In this document: positions 36,741 through 45,008 of the stretch, in pieces
How positions within the stretch are numbered: the stretch's first letter is position 1
How the letters are laid out: each line of letters starts with the position of its first letter
Assembly (NCBI GenBank): GCA_050287845.1
Contig: JBNKCR010000018.1
Location: 15,268 to 79,267 of the forward strand
Length of the DNA: 64,000 bases
Origin: Polyangia bacterium
Lineage (GTDB): Bacteria > Myxococcota_A > Polyangia > JAAYKL01
Direction: 5' to 3'
Notes under the pieces: generated by a model
Databases searched by the model: none
What the model was told of the DNA's origin: nothing
The model's input: only the letters and a program-made list of their open reading frames with translations
Program-made: the position numbers and the translations under genes

Positions 36741-37151
36741 ATGTTGCATGAACACCTGAATGTTGAGCAGACGCCTGTTGTGCAGGTGCCGGAAGAAGTG
36801 GATCGAAAAGAACTTCTTGTAGCGCTTTACGCCAGTGCGATTCGGAATGTCCAGCAGGCGAAAGAGGAAATTGATGCCGGTGCAAAGAAGGCGGAAGAGC
36901 TGCTGACCCTCGGAAAAGCGTATTGGATCGTTGAGTATTTCATTGATTCACTCGACTTTGAAGTTGCGCCGGAACTCTGTGCCGACCTCCAGTCATTGTA
37001 TCATTCCATGATGGAGAAAATGACCGAGGCCTATCAGACAATGAAGAGTGAGCCTCTGATACCGGTTATCGCGGCATTGAAAGAACTGCACATGACCTGG
37101 CAGGAAGCGGTTGCCATTGTCTCCGGTGAACAGACCATTGGTCAGGCGTAA
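36741..37151 (+). CDS. fliS: FliS paralog (copy 2)
   Basis: LYASAIR, KAYWIVEYFIDSLDFE..ELCADLQSLY, L..TWQEA; aligns with copy 1. Confidence 0.8.
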   Translation: MLHEHLNVEQTPVVQVPEEVDRKELLVALYASAIRNVQQAKEEIDAGAKKAEELLTLGKAYWIVEYFIDSLDFEVAPELCADLQSLYHSMMEKMTEAYQTMKSEPLIPVIAALKELHMTWQEAVAIVSGEQTIGQA

Positions 37152-37207
37152 CAGGCAGTATTAACAATTCAGTAGACGTCGCACCGTGACGCCGACCATG
37201 AAAAATC

Positions 37208-37996
37208 ATGACCGACGAACGGGGCGGTGCGCAAAAAAAAGGGGTCGATACCATGACGCTTAAAACCATCACCATCAATACTTCAACAACAATCGCATCC
37301 CCTGAGATCAGGTTGGCGGAGGTTCCGTATGCCGGAATCTGGCAGTACGTGGGGAGTTGTATCGACTACTCGACCGACGCTACCAGTGGGGTTATCAGGG
37401 ATTTGAATCACGCGACGCAGGCAGCGGCGAATCGGCTTGCCAAAAAGTTGTCTCTCCGCAACATCTCAATAGAGGTCGTGATCGATCCACTGATTCCGCC
37501 CACCAGTCTGTCCTTTGCACAGATGGTTCCACTGATTGAGGAAATCGGCGAAAACGCATCTGCATCTGTTGAGCCGGGACCGGGGACTGTGGTGTTGAGA
37601 ACCTGGTGGCGCGGCGGGTATGCGGGGGTGGACGCCATCGGCAGAGACGCCACCGTTCCGGACGTGATCAAACAGAACCTGATGATGCCCGGCTTTTCGA
37701 CCAAGGCAGGAGAATGGGATACGGGCTTTGGCCTGCACTCTGCTTCTCAACGGGCGAAAGCCCTCAACGGCATGATCGAATTCTTTGACAGTGAGGATGA
37801 AGGTCCTGCTTTCCGATTTGCGATTCCGGTAAAAATGGCGTCATCCGCGGGTTCGCCGGAAGCCCGGGTGGAAGTACCGGAATACGCGGTCCGGGAAGTA
37901 CCTGCCGCGATTGATTTTAACTGGTATTTTCCCGCCGTTGGGGATTCTGCCGAAATAACCGGAAATACAACCGAAGCACGTCTGTTCAAGGCCTGA
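37208..37996 (+). CDS. Degenerate histidine-kinase-like protein (HATPase_c fold)
   Basis: GENA (N-box), PGFSTK (F-box), DTGFGL (G2), LNGMIEF; H-box-like GVIRDLNH lacks the canonical His; start may be 37253. Confidence 0.7.
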   Translation: MTDERGGAQKKGVDTMTLKTITINTSTTIASPEIRLAEVPYAGIWQYVGSCIDYSTDATSGVIRDLNHATQAAANRLAKKLSLRNISIEVVIDPLIPPTSLSFAQMVPLIEEIGENASASVEPGPGTVVLRTWWRGGYAGVDAIGRDATVPDVIKQNLMMPGFSTKAGEWDTGFGLHSASQRAKALNGMIEFFDSEDEGPAFRFAIPVKMASSAGSPEARVEVPEYAVREVPAAIDFNWYFPAVGDSAEITGNTTEARLFKA

Positions 37997-38022
37997 TTCA
38001 AAACTGAGCGTGAGATGGTGAT

Positions 38023-39066
38023 ATGTTACGTCTGGAAATGATAAACAAGGTGGCGGATGTCAAAGGTACGGTCGTGGAAGTGCTATCCTGGCCCAATGGT
38101 GAACCGGCGGGATATCACTGGGACAATGGCCGGGACTTTGCGAATGGCGGCGCACCGGTCGCATTTGATTTCAGGAAGTCCAGTAGCGAGCTGCCCTGGA
38201 AGGATAAAATTCACGCTGTGATTTGGTTCTTCGGACCGTCGAAAGTGAAATCTCCGCAATCTGTTCTCGCATGGCTGCATGCACGCATGTCCGATGATGG
38301 TATGATTCATCTGACAAACGAGATTCCATGGCATGGTAAGACGTCGCAGACTCAGGAGTTTGCCCTGTACAATAATGAGGAAATTCACGCACTGCTGGTG
38401 CGCAATGGTTTTAATTGCATTGAGCACCTCGAAGAAGGGCTGTATTTCAGACATTGGCGCGCCCGCAAATCCACCAACGTTGTGCCAGAGCGCTTTATGA
38501 AAGTGGAAACCGAACTCACAAACGGCGATTGGCAGGCAGCGGTGGCGGCATTGGGGAAATTGGACGATCAGTTGGATTCGCTTCCCGCGGTGAGAGAATA
38601 TGCATTGCTGCTGGCGGCCTGTCATGATTTGGCGGGTAACACGGCACGCAGCTATGCGGCGTTGACCGAAGCGCTCCGACTGGACCCCCGTTGCGGCCGT
38701 GCGTTGTGCGGGTTGGGCAGGTTGGCAGCGCTGAATGACGATTTGGATGGCGCATTGCTGTTTTTTGATTCTGCGTTGAGAAAATCGCCGTATCTGGTTG
38801 CTGCGCTGGAAGGCCGGGCAACCGTAAACGAAATGTTGGGGAATTACCGTTCGGCATATGAAGACCTGCTGGATGCCACCAGTTTTCGTCCCGGAGACAG
38901 AGAATTGCTTCTGGATGTGATTCGGGTGGGAAATCAGCTGGGGTTGCACGAAGAAGTTACTTCGTTGCTCTTTACCCGAGCGGACACGGGTACGGACTGG
39001 GACAGTTTTCAACTCACGCCGGAACATACAGCCGACGACCCGCGCATCGAGCATGTGATCGGCTGA
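38023..39066 (+). CDS. Degenerate methyltransferase-like N-domain + TPR protein
   Basis: PQSVL..L..MSDDGMIHL..LLVRNGF pattern resembles class I MTase C-halves; TPRs ALRLDPRCGRALCGLG, ALRKSPYLVAALEG. Confidence 0.65.
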   Translation: MLRLEMINKVADVKGTVVEVLSWPNGEPAGYHWDNGRDFANGGAPVAFDFRKSSSELPWKDKIHAVIWFFGPSKVKSPQSVLAWLHARMSDDGMIHLTNEIPWHGKTSQTQEFALYNNEEIHALLVRNGFNCIEHLEEGLYFRHWRARKSTNVVPERFMKVETELTNGDWQAAVAALGKLDDQLDSLPAVREYALLLAACHDLAGNTARSYAALTEALRLDPRCGRALCGLGRLAALNDDLDGALLFFDSALRKSPYLVAALEGRATVNEMLGNYRSAYEDLLDATSFRPGDRELLLDVIRVGNQLGLHEEVTSLLFTRADTGTDWDSFQLTPEHTADDPRIEHVIG

Positions 39067-39279
39067 TACCGCGATCATTGGGTTGCCCACTTCGCGAATC
39101 ATTCATTTCAGCACAACAATATTCATTGAGATAACCGGTCCGGGACTGGACGCAGAGGGTGTTTGACGCTATGCTTTTTCCTGCGATTCTGACCATCCAC
39201 TTCGGCGGAAAACGATTTTTGAAGCTGGGAAAAAGGATTTATGACAGTTCCATTGGTGCACTTTTATACTGGTTACCGA

Positions 39280-39963
39280 ATGAAAACTTTCGAAAAAATC
39301 TTCCCGTTTTTATTCCCCACTTTTTTCATCTTCGCATGCCAGACCAGTCCGCTTGATTTTGAATTGGCCGACTCCGCCTCTGCGACGGCAACAACAGATA
39401 CAGATACGGGAACGGCTAATTATGTGATGGATTCAGATTCACACATTGTCGATTGGCAATACGATACAGGCGACGGAACAGGGGGACAGGATGAATCATG
39501 TTACCTGCGTACGGGAAGCGATGGACCGGTTGCCTGGTGCGATTCACCGGATTTGCATGCGCAGGCTTGCGATACCTTTGAGTCGAAGTGCTGTTGTCGG
39601 CTGGCGTGCTCTCCAGCGATATGTGCAAGCGGAGTGGACTTCAATACGCCGTGTCAATACTTCGATGTTGTCGAAAAGAACGGATATTGCAGTCACCCTG
39701 CGGATAATATTCCTGTGGACTACACATGCATGGGCCAATGTACGCCGCGCAGCGACTGCAGTCAGGTGGATGACGACGGCAGCTGCATGGACACCGATGC
39801 ACCGAAGTCAGGTATGTGTCTGATTTATGACACAGAAAACAATCCGGTATTCTGTCAGAAAAACTGTGAGATGACATTCTGCGACACATCCCATATGTGT
39901 GCTCCTCTTTTTGATTCCGCTGGGCAATTCAGTCAAAAAGGCGCTTGCGTTCCGGTGAATTGA
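39280..39963 (+). CDS. Cys-rich lipoprotein
   Basis: MKTFEK..FIFAC lipobox; S/T/D-rich linker (TTDTDTGT); 20 further cysteines. Confidence 0.75.
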   Translation: MKTFEKIFPFLFPTFFIFACQTSPLDFELADSASATATTDTDTGTANYVMDSDSHIVDWQYDTGDGTGGQDESCYLRTGSDGPVAWCDSPDLHAQACDTFESKCCCRLACSPAICASGVDFNTPCQYFDVVEKNGYCSHPADNIPVDYTCMGQCTPRSDCSQVDDDGSCMDTDAPKSGMCLIYDTENNPVFCQKNCEMTFCDTSHMCAPLFDSAGQFSQKGACVPVN

Positions 39964-40219
39964 CTGGCAAAGTAACTATCCGTAATTTCAGAGTAAATCA
40001 TTGGTGTTTCACTCCCCATGAGTGGGTCGTGAACGCGCATTCTGAAAGCATATTTTTATGACAATATTGTGACAGATATTTGCTAGAGCGAATCCTGTCA
40101 GCGTTGATTGTAAAGCGAAATGGATATGTGAGCGTTTCAGTTGGACAGAACGTTCGGAGTCGGGCAACCGGGAATGGTGTGAGTCCAGCACCGATAAGAT
40201 TTAAAGACACGATTGAAAT

Positions 40220-41032
40220 ATGCATTCTGGAAAAACAGAAGTGAACATCACGATCAAAGACGGGCTGAAAGTCGCGGGCACTACCAGTACCGGTGGATTC
40301 ATTGTTCCCCCGCGCCCCCTGAACATCATTGTGGGGGCGTTTGGCAGTGGCAAAACAGAAGTCGCTGTGAACTGGTCCATTGCGCTGGCCAGAGACGGAT
40401 ATGGCGTTCGACTGGCCGATTTGGATGTTGCGAATCCGTATTTCCGCTCACGGGAAGCGCAGGGGGAATTGCGACAGAATGGCGTGGAACCGGTAATTCC
40501 GGCGGGAGAAGTGCAGTTTTCAGATTTACCCGTGCTCATTCCTCAGATTAAAGGGATGCTGCAGCGGGAAACCGGGGATTTTTCTTTTTTTGATGTGGGC
40601 GGTGATGAAGCCGGCGCCAAAGTTCTGGCTTCCCTTCGCAACGCATTCCCCAATACGCCATACGCCCTGTATCAGGTCATCAACAGCCGACGACCGTTCA
40701 CCGACAGCGTTGCCGGGTGCATTGAAATGAAAAAAGCGCTTGAACGAACCTCGGGGCTGCGAATTACTTCGTATATCATTAATTCCCATCTGATGTCGTT
40801 GACTACCCTGGATGTTGTGGCCGAAGGGATGGATTTCGGCGAAAAATTGGAAGCCGAAACCGGGGTTCCGGTGTCATTTGTCACCGTCATGCACGATGCG
40901 GTGGATGTTACAAAGTTGAAAAAAATCGCAAGGTATCCTATTGCTGAGATGACACGACGGATGCTGCCTCCCTGGTTAACGAGAAATGCTGCCCAGGCCT
41001 GGCCGCTTTCCGCCGGGGACAGACGAGGTTGA
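40220..41032 (+). CDS. P-loop ATPase (MinD/ParA/CobQ-like) of the type that precedes VOR operons
   Basis: GAFGSGKTE, DLDVANPYFRSRE, DVGGD..GA, N.RRPFT, NSHL. Confidence 0.85.
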   Translation: MHSGKTEVNITIKDGLKVAGTTSTGGFIVPPRPLNIIVGAFGSGKTEVAVNWSIALARDGYGVRLADLDVANPYFRSREAQGELRQNGVEPVIPAGEVQFSDLPVLIPQIKGMLQRETGDFSFFDVGGDEAGAKVLASLRNAFPNTPYALYQVINSRRPFTDSVAGCIEMKKALERTSGLRITSYIINSHLMSLTTLDVVAEGMDFGEKLEAETGVPVSFVTVMHDAVDVTKLKKIARYPIAEMTRRMLPPWLTRNAAQAWPLSAGDRRG

Positions 41033-41034
41033 AC

Positions 41035-41289
41035 ATGCCGCTGATAAAAGTAGAGAACGACAAATGCAAGGGATGTGAACTGTGTATCAGCGCATGTCCG
41101 CAGCAAATTATCAAACTGTCGGATGACATTAACTCGCAGGGATTTCGCTTTGCGGTGGTGGATGATAAATCCCGTTGTATTGGTTGTAAACTGTGCGCCA
41201 TATCCTGCCCCGATCTGGCTATCGAGGTATTTGCGGAAGGCTGCTATTATCAATTTTATCCATACGAAGTCCTGGAAAAACGCTCATGA
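41035..41289 (+). CDS. 2x[4Fe-4S] ferredoxin (oxidoreductase delta subunit)
   Basis: CKGCELCISACP and CIGCKLCAISCP; GAGGT RBS. Confidence 0.92.
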   Translation: MPLIKVENDKCKGCELCISACPQQIIKLSDDINSQGFRFAVVDDKSRCIGCKLCAISCPDLAIEVFAEGCYYQFYPYEVLEKRS

Positions 41290-42359
41290 CGAAAATTCTG
41301 ATGAAAGGCAATGAAGCAATTGGCGAAGCCGCTATCAAGGCGGGTTGTCTTCATTTTTTCGGATATCCGATCACGCCTCAGAACGAATTGCCCGAATATC
41401 TGTCACGGCGGTTACCGCAAGTGGGGGGGCGGTACGTTCAGACCGAAAGCGAAGTGGCCACCAGCAATATGATATTCGGCGCTGCGGGCGTCGGGGTCCG
41501 GGTGATGACGTCATCATCGTCTCCGGGCATCAGTTTAATGTCCGAGGGATTGTCTTATCTCGCCGGTGCGGATTTACCCGTGGTGGTGGTGAATATGATG
41601 CGTGCCGGTCCCGGATTGGCCGGAATTTTGCCCGCGCAGAGCGATTATGCCCACGCAACCCGGGGCACGGCACATGGTGATTTTAAATTATTGGTCCTGG
41701 CACCGGCATCTGTTCAGGAAGCCGTGGATTTGACCATGCTCAGCTTTGAACTGGCCGACCGATACCGCATGCCGGTGATGCTGCTGGGCGATGGAATGAT
41801 TGGTCAGATGATGGAGCCGGTATCGTTTCCGGACGTGGAAGTGGGGCCTCCCATGGACGCATCGGATTGGGCGCTCACCGGATGTCGGGGCAGGGAACCG
41901 CGTCTGGTCAGTTCCCTTTTTCTTGATCCGGTGGAACTCAACGAAAAGAATCACGAACGTTTTCGAAGATATGATATAGTCGCACAGAACGAAACGCGAT
42001 TTGAGCTGTATAACTGTGATGAACCATACGATATTCTGATTACTGCCTTCGGGGTGATGAGTCGGGTGTGCAAATCAGCGATCACGGAATTGACCAACCA
42101 GGGTATCCGGGTTGGTCTGTTTCGGCCCATCACGGTGAGCCCATTTCCCGCTGATGCGTTGTCCAGGGCAATTTTCAGTGCAAAGCGCGTTCTCGATGTA
42201 GAAATGAACATGGGCCAAATGCTTGTGGATGTCCAACTGGCAGCAAAGGGTAGAGTGGAAGTGGATTTTCTCGGTAAGTGCGGTGGTCTCACACCATCCA
42301 TCGAGGACATTGTGGACGGGGTAATGGAAAGTGTGGCCCGGGCACAGGGGGTAATGTGA
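41286..42359 (+). CDS. vorB: 2-oxoacid (2-ketoisovalerate-type):ferredoxin oxidoreductase alpha subunit
   Basis: LMKGNEAIGEAAI, GYPITPQ, ESE, TSSSSPGISL, RAGPGL, EMNMGQM. Confidence 0.92.
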   Translation: MTKILMKGNEAIGEAAIKAGCLHFFGYPITPQNELPEYLSRRLPQVGGRYVQTESEVATSNMIFGAAGVGVRVMTSSSSPGISLMSEGLSYLAGADLPVVVVNMMRAGPGLAGILPAQSDYAHATRGTAHGDFKLLVLAPASVQEAVDLTMLSFELADRYRMPVMLLGDGMIGQMMEPVSFPDVEVGPPMDASDWALTGCRGREPRLVSSLFLDPVELNEKNHERFRRYDIVAQNETRFELYNCDEPYDILITAFGVMSRVCKSAITELTNQGIRVGLFRPITVSPFPADALSRAIFSAKRVLDVEMNMGQMLVDVQLAAKGRVEVDFLGKCGGLTPSIEDIVDGVMESVARAQGVM

Positions 42360-43114
42360 AAAGGATATTCGCACATACCGAAGGCATGATTACCGATCCG
42401 ATGCATTATTGCCCCGGATGCACCCACGGCATTATTCATCGTCTGGTAGGCGAAACGCTCATTGAACTCGGCATTCGCGAGCAGGCGGTAGGGATCTCTC
42501 CGGTTGGATGTTCGGTATTTACCTACAAGTATTTCCGCTGCGATATGTTTCAGGCTTCCCATGGCCGGGCGCCGGCGGTAGCCACAGGGGCCAAACGATG
42601 TCGCCCCGATTTGATTGTGTTCTGCTATCAGGGAGATGGCGATTTGGCGGCAATTGGTACATCGGAAATCATTCACGCGGCCAATCGGGGCGAAAAGATC
42701 ACATGCATTTTTGTAAATAACGCTATCTATGGAATGACCGGTGGTCAGATGGCGCCAACGACAGTTCCCGGCCAGCGTACGTCGACAACACCAGGCGGCC
42801 GAAAAGTGGAAGAAGACGGTTTTCCGTTGAAAATGTCAGAAATTCTGGCTCAACTTCAGACTCCGGGGTATATTGCCCGGGTTTCCATGCATTCACCAGC
42901 TGAAATAATCAGGGCAAGGCAAATTGTCCGCAAAGCGTTTGAATACCAGGTGAATAATACCTGTTTCAGTTTTGTCGAGTTCCTCTCGACATGTCCGACG
43001 AACTGGGGACTTTCTCCAGTGGATTCACTGAACTGGATTAAAAACAATATGCTGCCTTATTATCCGCTTGGAGAACATAAAGTTCCTGAGCAGGAAACGG
43101 GAGGTGTTCAATGA
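42356..43114 (+). CDS. 2-oxoacid:ferredoxin oxidoreductase beta (TPP-binding) subunit
   Basis: YCPGCTHG, PVGC, HGRA, GDGD..NNAIYGMTGGQ, CPTNW; GTG start overlapping the alpha stop. Confidence 0.92.
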   Translation: MKRIFAHTEGMITDPMHYCPGCTHGIIHRLVGETLIELGIREQAVGISPVGCSVFTYKYFRCDMFQASHGRAPAVATGAKRCRPDLIVFCYQGDGDLAAIGTSEIIHAANRGEKITCIFVNNAIYGMTGGQMAPTTVPGQRTSTTPGGRKVEEDGFPLKMSEILAQLQTPGYIARVSMHSPAEIIRARQIVRKAFEYQVNNTCFSFVEFLSTCPTNWGLSPVDSLNWIKNNMLPYYPLGEHKVPEQETGGVQ

Positions 43115-43734
43115 GGTGTACGGATGTGCTGTTTGCCGGCTTCGGTGGCCACGGGATGTTGATGGCCGGAAAGCTTTTGGCTCAATCCATGATCAAACAG
43201 GGACGGCAAGTTTCATGGCTTCCTGCCTACGGTGCGGAAATGCGAGGGGGAACCGCAAACGTGACAGTCTGCATTTCAGATGGAGAGGTCATGTCGCCGT
43301 ATATTGAACGGCCCAACGCGCTGGTCGTTATGAATACGCCATCACTGAACAAGTTTGGTCCCCGCGTGAAACCGGGCGGTTTGATTCTACTGAACTCCAC
43401 ATTGATCAGAGAACCGTTCGAGCGGTTGGATTGTCCGGTGATGAGCCTGCCTGCCAGTCGAATTGCCATGGATATGGGAAATGCAAAAGCGACAAATCTG
43501 ATTTTACTGGGCGCATATGCAGGCATTACACAAATCACAACACAGAGCGAAATGACCGAAGTGATTCAGGAAACATTTACCCGAAAGCCCAAATTCATTC
43601 CAATAAATGTGTCCGCCTTTGTTGCCGGATGGAAAGAGGGAAATCGCCTGCGTCAGGAATTCGGTTTTGAGATCACCGCGGATGAAGAAGATGAAAATGA
43701 GTTGAATTCTTCGTATGCGTATTCAAACGGATAA
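43111..43734 (+). CDS. 2-oxoacid:ferredoxin oxidoreductase gamma subunit
   Basis: AGFGGHG, PAYGAEMRGG, NLILLGA, IN..AF..G. Confidence 0.92.
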   Translation: MRCTDVLFAGFGGHGMLMAGKLLAQSMIKQGRQVSWLPAYGAEMRGGTANVTVCISDGEVMSPYIERPNALVVMNTPSLNKFGPRVKPGGLILLNSTLIREPFERLDCPVMSLPASRIAMDMGNAKATNLILLGAYAGITQITTQSEMTEVIQETFTRKPKFIPINVSAFVAGWKEGNRLRQEFGFEITADEEDENELNSSYAYSNG

Positions 43735-43800
43735 CCAGACTGGCACGCAGATGATGCCATTCTGTCAAGTTGATGGAATACCCGATTTTATGATTGAGTT

Positions 43801-44565
43801 ATGTACATTCGTATAGATGGAAAGCAAGTAGAAGCAAAAAAATGGGATACCGTACTCACCGCAGCCCGTCGGGCCGGTATCGACATCCCATCGTTGTGTT
43901 ATCATCCGGCACTGGAAACCGCTGCCGCCTGTCGCATGTGTGTGGTGGAGGTATTTCACGTTGGATGGTCCGATCCCCAGATAGTAGCTTCATGCGATTA
44001 TAAAGTCTCTGAAGGACTTGAAGTATCGACACACACCGAAAAGATACAGAAATTGCGACAGTCCACCATCGAGTTGCTGCTGGCCCGTGCTCCCGCAAGC
44101 CCGGCACTTCAGAGATTGGCGGAAGATTTCAATTTATCACCCCGGTCACTGCCTCTGGTTCCCGATGCCGGAAATTGCATTCTCTGTCTGTTGTGCACCC
44201 GGGTATGTGAGCAAATGGGATGCCATGCGATTTCTGTGGCTGGCCGAGGTGAGAAGCGATTTATATCAACGCCATACAACGGCCCCGCTGACACATGCAT
44301 CGGTTGTGGCGCATGTGCGCGAATCTGCCCCACCAATTGCATTGAAATGACAGAAACGTCGACCACGATTACCATCTGGGGAAAAGAATTTGAGAGAGTT
44401 CAGTGTGACGCCTGTGGCTCTCCCCTTATTTCAAAGGCCTATCGCGAATATGCCATTGCCAGCCGCGAATTGTCCGATGATTATTATTCGCAGTGCCCTG
44501 AATGCAAGCGAAATGAAACCGCGCAGAAATTTTCGGGTCTTCTGTTGAAGGTGCACCATGGATAA
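43801..44565 (+). CDS. [2Fe-2S] + 2x[4Fe-4S] protein (NuoG/HydA N-terminus-like, no catalytic domain)
   Basis: IPSLCYH..CRMCVVE..ASC; CILCLLCTRVC; CIGCGACARICP; C-terminal CDAC..CPEC. Confidence 0.88.
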   Translation: MYIRIDGKQVEAKKWDTVLTAARRAGIDIPSLCYHPALETAAACRMCVVEVFHVGWSDPQIVASCDYKVSEGLEVSTHTEKIQKLRQSTIELLLARAPASPALQRLAEDFNLSPRSLPLVPDAGNCILCLLCTRVCEQMGCHAISVAGRGEKRFISTPYNGPADTCIGCGACARICPTNCIEMTETSTTITIWGKEFERVQCDACGSPLISKAYREYAIASRELSDDYYSQCPECKRNETAQKFSGLLLKVHHG

Positions 44566-44959
44566 GTCGCTGGTTGTCATCCCGTCAAGATGTGTTGGTT
44601 GCGGCACCTGTAAACTGGCCTGTTCTATGGTGAAGGGAAAAGGGGAGGGAATTGCCCGGCACAGAATTCATATTTACACCTCTTCTCCGGATACCCATGT
44701 GCAGGTTGCCTGTTTGCAATGTGTTGAAGCGGCCTGTATGAAAGTGTGTACTTCGGGCGCGCTGGTACGAAATCCCGATACGGGCGCGATCGAAGTAAAC
44801 GAAAGCAGATGCATTGGCTGCGGGCTGTGTGAAATTGCCTGCCCATTTGGACATATGCATTTTTCCACACAACGGCAGAAACCTGAAAAATGTGACCTTT
44901 GCGCCGGCGACCCTGCCTGCGTCCGGTTCTGTCCACACGGTGCACTCGAATACCGATAA
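44558..44959 (+). CDS. Four-cluster Fe-S protein (DmsB/CooF/AOR-small-subunit-like)
   Basis: CVGCGTCKLAC, CLQCVEAACMKVC, CIGCGLCEIACP, CDLC..PACVRFCP. Confidence 0.9.
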   Translation: MDKSLVVIPSRCVGCGTCKLACSMVKGKGEGIARHRIHIYTSSPDTHVQVACLQCVEAACMKVCTSGALVRNPDTGAIEVNESRCIGCGLCEIACPFGHMHFSTQRQKPEKCDLCAGDPACVRFCPHGALEYR

Positions 44960-45008
44960 TTCGAATCAATATCGAAACAATCATGTGATAGAAACAATAA
45001 GGTAATAG

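Noticed and set aside
38083..39102. Long opposite-strand ORFs (also 44625-45734, 27017-27868, 54424-55230, 62666-63424, 1903-2673)
   Set aside because: They lie antisense to well-supported genes and show no recognisable motifs; treated as shadow ORFs.
39964..40219. Rex/FNR operator or riboswitch upstream of the VOR operon
   Set aside because: Only half-sites (TTGTGA, TTGAT) and one short hairpin (CACTC/GAGTG) are visible; no full consensus.
43741..43759. TGGCACG sigma54-like element upstream of the Fe-S genes
   Set aside because: The GC is 2 nt too far from the GG; better explained as a small TGGCA/TGCCA hairpin.
41035..44959. Selenocysteine or other recoding in the redox genes
   Set aside because: All Cys motifs are complete within the ORFs and stops coincide with next-gene starts; no read-through is needed.
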